This document shows positions 27,485 to 32,000 of a stretch of 32,000 nucleotides of DNA, in pieces. Origin of the DNA: Cupriavidus necator (GTDB lineage: Bacteria > Pseudomonadota > Gammaproteobacteria > Burkholderiales > Burkholderiaceae). The translations under genes were made by a program, and so were the position numbers. The stretch covers positions 240,001-272,000 of the forward strand of contig NZ_CP066018.1 of the NCBI RefSeq assembly GCF_016127575.1, read 5' to 3'. How positions within the stretch are numbered: position 1 is the stretch's first letter; each line of letters opens with the position of its first letter. The notes beneath the pieces were generated by a model. That model saw only the letters and a program-made list of their open reading frames with translations. It made no database searches and was not told the origin of the DNA.

Positions 27485-29053
27485 ATGACCGCCTCAAGTC
27501 CCGATGACGCAGTCCTTGATGTCCTGATCGTAGGCGCCGGCCTGTCCGGCATCGGCGCCGCGCGCCAGCTGCAAATGCGCTGCCCCGGCAAGCGCTACGC
27601 CATCCTGGAGGCGCGTGAGGCCATGGGCGGCACCTGGGACCTGTTCCGCTACCCCGGCATCCGCTCGGATTCGGACATGTACACGCTGGGCTACCGCTTC
27701 AAGCCCTGGCGCGGCGCCAAGGCCATCGCCGACGGGCCGTCGATTCGCGCCTACATCCGCGAAACCGCCGAAGAGGCCGGCATCACGTCACATATCCGCT
27801 TCGGCCATCGGGTCATCAGCGCGGCATGGGACAGCGCCGCAGCCTGCTGGACGGTCGAAGCCGAACGCAGTGCGGACCGCAGCCGGCTGCGCCTGCGCAC
27901 ACGCCTGCTCTATGTGTGCGCAGGCTATTACAGCTATGCCGAGGGCCACCGGCCCGAATTTGCAGGCGAAGCGCAATTCCGCGGCAGCATGGTGCATCCG
28001 CAGTTCTGGGACGAATCGCTCGACTACGCCGGCAAGCGCGTGGTGGTGATCGGCAGCGGCGCCACGGCGGTCACGCTGGTGCCGGCCATGGCGAAAAGCG
28101 CCGCGCACGTGACGATGCTGCAGCGCTCTCCCACCTATATCGTGACGCGCCCCGGCGAGGACGCCATCGCCCACAAGCTGCGCCGCGTGCTGCCGGAGCG
28201 GCTGGCCTACGCCGCCACGCGCTGGAAGAACGTGCTGCTGGGCATGATGTTCTTCCAGCTGGCGCGGCGCCGGCCGGACCGCGTCAGGCAGCGCCTGATC
28301 GGCATGGCGGCAGCGCAACTGGCGCCGGGCTATGACGTCGGCACCCACTTCACGCCCCGCTACCGGCCCTGGGACCAGCGCCTGTGCCTGGTGCCCGACG
28401 GCGACCTGTTCCGCGCGATCCGCGACGGGCGCGCATCGGTGGTGACCGACACCATCGACCGGTTCACCGAGAACGGCATCGTGCTGGCCAGCGGCAAGAC
28501 GCTGGCCGCGGATGTCGTGGTGGTGGCCACCGGCCTCAAGCTGAACATGCTGGGCGACATTGCACTCACCGTGGACGGCCAGCCGCGCCGCCCCGCCGAA
28601 TGCCTGGCCTACAAGGGGATGATGCTGAGCGATGTGCCCAACCTCGTGCTGGCCTTCGGGTACACCAATGCCTCGTGGACGCTCAAGGCCGACCTCACGG
28701 CCGAGTACGTCTGCCGCCTGCTGCGTCATATGGATCGCCACGCCCACCGCATTGCCGTGCCGCGCGCCCCGGCTGACGTTGAGCCGACCCCGTTCCTGGA
28801 TTTCACCTCCGGCTACGTGCAGCGTGCCGCCACCGTGCTGCCCCGGCAAGGGCATCGCAAGCCATGGCGCGTGCACCAGAACTACCTGAAAGACCTGCTG
28901 GCGATCCGGCACGGGCGCATCGCAGACGGCGTGTTGCAGTTCGATGTCCCGCCTCCCTCTCCCCTGGCACACCGGGCGCACCGGGACGGCCAGGACACCA
29001 CCGACAACAACAACACGGTGCCGGCCGTTGCCGCCAGCGAGGTGCAATCATGA
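27485..29053 (+). CDS. EthA-like FAD/NADPH-dependent Baeyer-Villiger monooxygenase (class B flavoprotein)
   Basis: I used the frame of track ORF 27374..29053 and chose the ATG at 27485 (MTASSPDDAVLDVLIVGAGLSG). It has GxGxxG, the BVMO fingerprint FRGSMVHPQFWD (27977-28012) and a second Rossmann motif VVVIGSGATA. Long by-eye identity blocks with M. tuberculosis EthA include GGTWDLFRYPGIRSDSDMYTLGYRF and PWDQRLCLVPDGDLFRAIR. Confidence 0.9.
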   Translation: MTASSPDDAVLDVLIVGAGLSGIGAARQLQMRCPGKRYAILEAREAMGGTWDLFRYPGIRSDSDMYTLGYRFKPWRGAKAIADGPSIRAYIRETAEEAGITSHIRFGHRVISAAWDSAAACWTVEAERSADRSRLRLRTRLLYVCAGYYSYAEGHRPEFAGEAQFRGSMVHPQFWDESLDYAGKRVVVIGSGATAVTLVPAMAKSAAHVTMLQRSPTYIVTRPGEDAIAHKLRRVLPERLAYAATRWKNVLLGMMFFQLARRRPDRVRQRLIGMAAAQLAPGYDVGTHFTPRYRPWDQRLCLVPDGDLFRAIRDGRASVVTDTIDRFTENGIVLASGKTLAADVVVVATGLKLNMLGDIALTVDGQPRRPAECLAYKGMMLSDVPNLVLAFGYTNASWTLKADLTAEYVCRLLRHMDRHAHRIAVPRAPADVEPTPFLDFTSGYVQRAATVLPRQGHRKPWRVHQNYLKDLLAIRHGRIADGVLQFDVPPPSPLAHRAHRDGQDTTDNNNTVPAVAASEVQS

Positions 29054-30033
29054 CCATCGTCCTGACCGTTTTCGCGGTGCTGATCGGGCTGATCCTGGCG
29101 CTGGGCGCGTCGCTGTATCTGTACACGTGGCGCACCGCGCGGCGCATCGAAGCCGCCATGCCGCCGCACGGCCGCTTTGTCGACGTGCCCGGCGCGCGGC
29201 TGCACGTGGTGGAGCGCGGCCAGGGCCCGGCGGTGCTGCTGGTGCATGGCCTGTCCGGCCAGCTTGAGAATTTTGGCTACGGCATGATCGGGCCGCTTGC
29301 CGAGCATTTCCGCGTGATCGCCGTCGACCGCCCCGGCGCGGGCCACTCCATACGCAAGCCGGGCAGCGCCGCGGACCTGCCGGCGCAGGCCGCAGCGCTC
29401 GCCGCGCTGTGCGACAAGCTTGGCCTGGAGCGTCCGCTGGTGGTGGGCCATTCGCTGGGTGGCGCGATTGCGCTGGCACTGGCCATCCACCACCCCGAGC
29501 GCGTGGGCGGGCTGGCACTGATCGCGCCGCTCACGCACCCGCCCAAGGCGATCTCGCCGGTGTTCCAGGCCATGACCGTGCCCAGCGCGTGGCTGCGCCG
29601 GCTGATGGCATGGACGCTGGTGGTGCCGATGTCGATTCGGCGCCGCGAAGCCGTGATGGACATCGTGTTCGGCCCGGACCCGGTGCCGGACGACTTCCCG
29701 ACGCGCGGAGGCGGGCTGCTGGCGCTGCGGCCGCGCCACTTCCTGGCCGCGTCCGAAGACCTGATCGGCGCCGCGCAGAGCCTGCCGGCGCTGCTGCACC
29801 GCTACGGCACGCTGCGCGTGCCGGTCAGTGTCCTCTACGGCCGCGAAGACCGCATCCTGGATTTTGCCGAGCATGGCGAAGCGCTCGCCGCCAAGGTTCC
29901 GGGCGCCACGCTGACATTGGTCAGCGGCGGGCATATGCTGCCGGTGACCGCCATCGACACCAGCGTCGATTTCGTCCGCGACGCCGCCGCCCGGCTGCAA
30001 GTCCCCGCGCCGGCCCAGGCGCAGGTCGCCTGA
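29050..30033 (+). CDS. Alpha/beta-fold hydrolase (putative esterase) with an N-terminal TM anchor
   Basis: The ATG at 29050 overlaps the BVMO stop (ATGA). The product begins MTIVLTVFAVLIGLILALGASLYLY (TM helix). It has an oxyanion-hole HG (LLVHGLSG), a nucleophile elbow (VVGHSLGG) and a C-terminal GGHMLP (catalytic His). The upstream part of track ORF 28864..30033 is spurious. Confidence 0.9.
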   Translation: MTIVLTVFAVLIGLILALGASLYLYTWRTARRIEAAMPPHGRFVDVPGARLHVVERGQGPAVLLVHGLSGQLENFGYGMIGPLAEHFRVIAVDRPGAGHSIRKPGSAADLPAQAAALAALCDKLGLERPLVVGHSLGGAIALALAIHHPERVGGLALIAPLTHPPKAISPVFQAMTVPSAWLRRLMAWTLVVPMSIRRREAVMDIVFGPDPVPDDFPTRGGGLLALRPRHFLAASEDLIGAAQSLPALLHRYGTLRVPVSVLYGREDRILDFAEHGEALAAKVPGATLTLVSGGHMLPVTAIDTSVDFVRDAAARLQVPAPAQAQVA

Positions 30034-30050
30034 TCCACGGAGCCCCGCCC

Positions 30051-30782
30051 ATGGCCACCACCACCGCTTCCAACCCCTACAAGCACAATGTCTTCGCCGC
30101 GTTCCAGGCCGTTCGCAAGCTGATGGCGAACGGCAACGACACGGAGCAGGTGTTCCGCATCATGCGCGCGCTCAACGGGCCGTCCATGCCCCGCAACTTC
30201 AACCGGCTGCTGAGCACGCCCGACGGGCGGCGCATGGTCTACCAGCGCATCGAGCTGGCGGAGCGCCTGTCCGATCCCGCCTACGTGGCCAGGTTCGCAC
30301 CGGGCACGGTGGGCGCGGCCTATCGCGCGTTCCTGGAACAGACCGGCTACAGCGCTGACGGGCTGGCCAAGGTCTCGAACCTGGACCAGGAACCGTTGAT
30401 CGAGGACGCCTACATGTGGTTCGGCCGGCGTACCCGCGACATCCACGACATCTGGCATGTGCTCACCGGCTACCGGGCCGATGAAAGCCTTGGCGAAGCC
30501 GCACTGGTGGCATTCAGCTATGCGCAGACCGGCGGCAAGGGCTGGGCCTTCATCGCCATCGCGGCGTCGCTGAAAAGCCTGCGCGTGAGCGGCAGCCTGG
30601 CCTTTGCGCGGGCCGTGCTGGAAGGCTACCGGCTGGGCCGGCGCGCCCGCTGGCTGTTGGGCGAGGACTATGAAAAGCTGCTGCACGAACCCATCGGCGC
30701 GGCCCGCGCGCGGCTTGGCATTGCCGAACCCCAGCGCTACCTGGCCTGCAATCCCGATCCCCTGCAGGAGTGGACGGCCTGA
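30051..30782 (+). CDS. Coq4-family protein (bacterial homologue of ubiquinone biosynthesis protein COQ4)
   Basis: The ATG at 30051 has a GGAG RBS 8 nt upstream. The 243-aa product carries the COQ4 metal-binding signature HDxxH-x(10-13)-E as HDIWHVLTGYRADESLGE (30444-30497). The upstream part of track ORF 29409..30782 is spurious. Confidence 0.8.
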   Translation: MATTTASNPYKHNVFAAFQAVRKLMANGNDTEQVFRIMRALNGPSMPRNFNRLLSTPDGRRMVYQRIELAERLSDPAYVARFAPGTVGAAYRAFLEQTGYSADGLAKVSNLDQEPLIEDAYMWFGRRTRDIHDIWHVLTGYRADESLGEAALVAFSYAQTGGKGWAFIAIAASLKSLRVSGSLAFARAVLEGYRLGRRARWLLGEDYEKLLHEPIGAARARLGIAEPQRYLACNPDPLQEWTA

Positions 30783-30802
30783 AGCGCTGCTGCGTGCCCC
30801 CC

Positions 30803-30836
30803 AAAAAAAAGCGACCACGGCCGGGTCGCTTTTTTG
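30803..30836. terminator. Bidirectional intrinsic terminator between the Coq4-like gene (+) and the nitroreductase gene (-)
   Basis: aaaaaaaaGCGACCacggccgGGTCGCtttttt is a GC stem flanked by A8 and T6. Confidence 0.8.
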
Positions 30837-30852
30837 ATGGTGCGCAGCGCGA

Positions 30853-31440
30853 TCAGACGATACGGCAGGCTTCGTCGAACGACAGGCGCGGGCCGCGCGG
30901 GAACAGCTTGTCGGCCTCGCCGTAGCCCAGGTTGCACAGGAAGTTGACCTGCCACTTGCCATCGGGGAAGAAGGCTGCGTTGACCTTGTCGGCATCGAAG
31001 CCGCCCATCGGGCCGCAGTCCAGGCCCAGCGCGCGCGCCGCCAGGATGAAGTAGCCGCCTTGCAGCGAGCTGTTCATCAGCGCGTCGCGGGCGATCTTCT
31101 CGTCGTTGCCGGCGTACCAGGAACGGGCGTCGGCATGCGGGAACAGCTTGGGCAGCTGGTCGTGGAAGGCGGTGTCGAAGGCGATGATGGCCGTCACCGG
31201 CGCCGAACGGGTCTTGTCGACGTTGCCGGCCGACACGCAGTCCACCAGACGCGCCTTCTCGGCAGCGCTCTTGACGAACACGATGCGCGCCGGGCTGCTG
31301 TTGGCAGCGGTCGGGCCGAACTTCATCGCTTCATAGATCTGGTGCAGCACGGCGTCGTCCACGTGGCGGTCCTGCCACACGTTGTGCGTGCGGGCTTCGG
31401 TGAACAGCTGCGCCAGCGCGGCGTTGTCGATCTGGGACAT
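30853..31440 (-). CDS. Nitroreductase-family NADPH oxidoreductase, RutE-like (malonic semialdehyde reductase family)
   Basis: I used the frame of track ORF 30853..31569 and chose the ATG at 31440 ([22 protein letters not shown]) with an [10 protein letters not shown]. The 195-aa product is colinear by eye with E. coli RutE ([60 protein letters not shown]). Confidence 0.9.
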   Translation of the reverse strand: MSQIDNAALAQLFTEARTHNVWQDRHVDDAVLHQIYEAMKFGPTAANSSPARIVFVKSAAEKARLVDCVSAGNVDKTRSAPVTAIIAFDTAFHDQLPKLFPHADARSWYAGNDEKIARDALMNSSLQGGYFILAARALGLDCGPMGGFDADKVNAAFFPDGKWQVNFLCNLGYGEADKLFPRGPRLSFDEACRIV

Positions 31441-31528
31441 GCGCTTCTTTCCTGTACGGGATTTGAGGGAAGGGGCGATTGTACCCAACGCTTTGTGCGC
31501 GCCACGACAGCGCCTTTGAGCAACCCGT

Positions 31529-32000
31529 TCAATTCCCTTGCATATCGGCGCGGGCCGGCGCCGGCGCACTGCCCCTGCGGGTCAGCCACAGCACGCCGGC
31601 CAGGATCAGCCCGCCACCCACGGCCTGCGCCGTGCCGATATGCTCGCCCAGCAGCAGCGCCGCCAGCAACACGGTGACCACCGGCTCCAGCGTCGACAGC
31701 ATCGACGCCTGCGCCGCGCCCAGTCGCTGCAGGCCGGCGAAGAAGGTCAGGATCGCCAGCACCGTCGACAGCAGCGCGATGCCCGCCAGCGCCAGCCAGC
31801 CGCCGGCAGTGGCCGGGAACTGCGGCGGCGCGCCCGCCCCCATCCGCAGCAGGCCGACGGCGCCGTAGACCAGCGCCGCCGCGGTGCAGATCACCGTGGT
31901 GGTGGCAATCGGGTTGACGCCAGCGGTCACGCGCGCGCCGACGATGATATAGACCGAGTAGATCACCGCCGCCGCCAGCCCCAGCGCGATCCCCAGCGGC
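31529..32000 (-). CDS. EamA/DMT-family transporter (N-terminal part lies beyond the right edge)
   Basis: The reading frame stays open to the window edge (...[24 protein letters not shown]...). Hydrophobic helices and the C-terminal EamA repeat are present ([39 protein letters not shown]). Confidence 0.85.
   Translation of the reverse strand, partial: PLGIALGLAAAVIYSVYIIVGARVTAGVNPIATTTVICTAAALVYGAVGLLRMGAGAPPQFPATAGGWLALAGIALLSTVLAILTFFAGLQRLGAAQASMLSTLEPVVTVLLAALLLGEHIGTAQAVGGGLILAGVLWLTRRGSAPAPARADMQGN

Noticed and set aside
25001-30995. Long alternative ORFs: 25001..26113 (-), 25783..26700 (-), 27788..29047 (-), 28882..30000 (-), 29835..30995 (-), and the N-terminal extensions of 25657..26757, 28864..30033 and 29409..30782
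   Set aside because: They are shadow frames or spurious upstream extensions. In each case the recognisable protein (RnfB-like, Nth, BVMO, hydrolase, Coq4-like) starts at an internal ATG with an RBS or an ATGA overlap.

Overview
This is a high-GC (roughly two-thirds G+C) betaproteobacterial chromosome segment that is almost fully coding. The 419-aa protein at 23069-24328 matches what I remember of the intracellular PHB depolymerase PhaZ1 of Cupriavidus necator (Ralstonia eutropha) H16, including Cys183/Asp355/His388, so this is most likely Cupriavidus chromosome-1 core genome. Gene order: lolC/E (partial, -), RpfE-like conserved protein, recJ, NlpD-like LysM/LytM lipoprotein (-), prfB (canonical +1 frameshift), an SDR, lysS and a glycine-zipper membrane protein. 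An 11.6-kb co-directional minus-strand array follows: uvrB, two small orphan genes, LMW-PTP, a 698-aa multi-pass membrane protein, and iscR-iscS-iscU-iscA-[DUF3565-like]-hscB-hscA-fdx-iscX. After that come an AspC/TyrB-type aminotransferase, phaZ, a TetR gene (-), an RnfB-like ferredoxin translationally coupled to nth, a divergent TetR / EthA-like Baeyer-Villiger monooxygenase-esterase-Coq4-like operon, a RutE-like nitroreductase (-) and an EamA transporter (partial, -). I found no rRNA, tRNA, CRISPR array, transposase, integrase or phage gene, and nothing resembling a known defence system. Many long ORFs in the track are antisense shadow ORFs typical of high-GC DNA. The least-described parts, in my judgement, are: (i) the TetR-BVMO-esterase-Coq4-like operon with a triple TTGTCAGA operator; (ii) a Cys/His-rich DUF3565-like gene inside the isc operon; (iii) the large membrane protein of the family historically labelled 'site-specific recombinase', together with the LMW-PTP and two orphan small proteins; (iv) the orphan RnfB-nth pair; (v) the AT-rich, GTAC-repeat-containing phaZ upstream region. 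None is demonstrably a new system from sequence alone. All homology statements come from by-eye recognition, not database searches.
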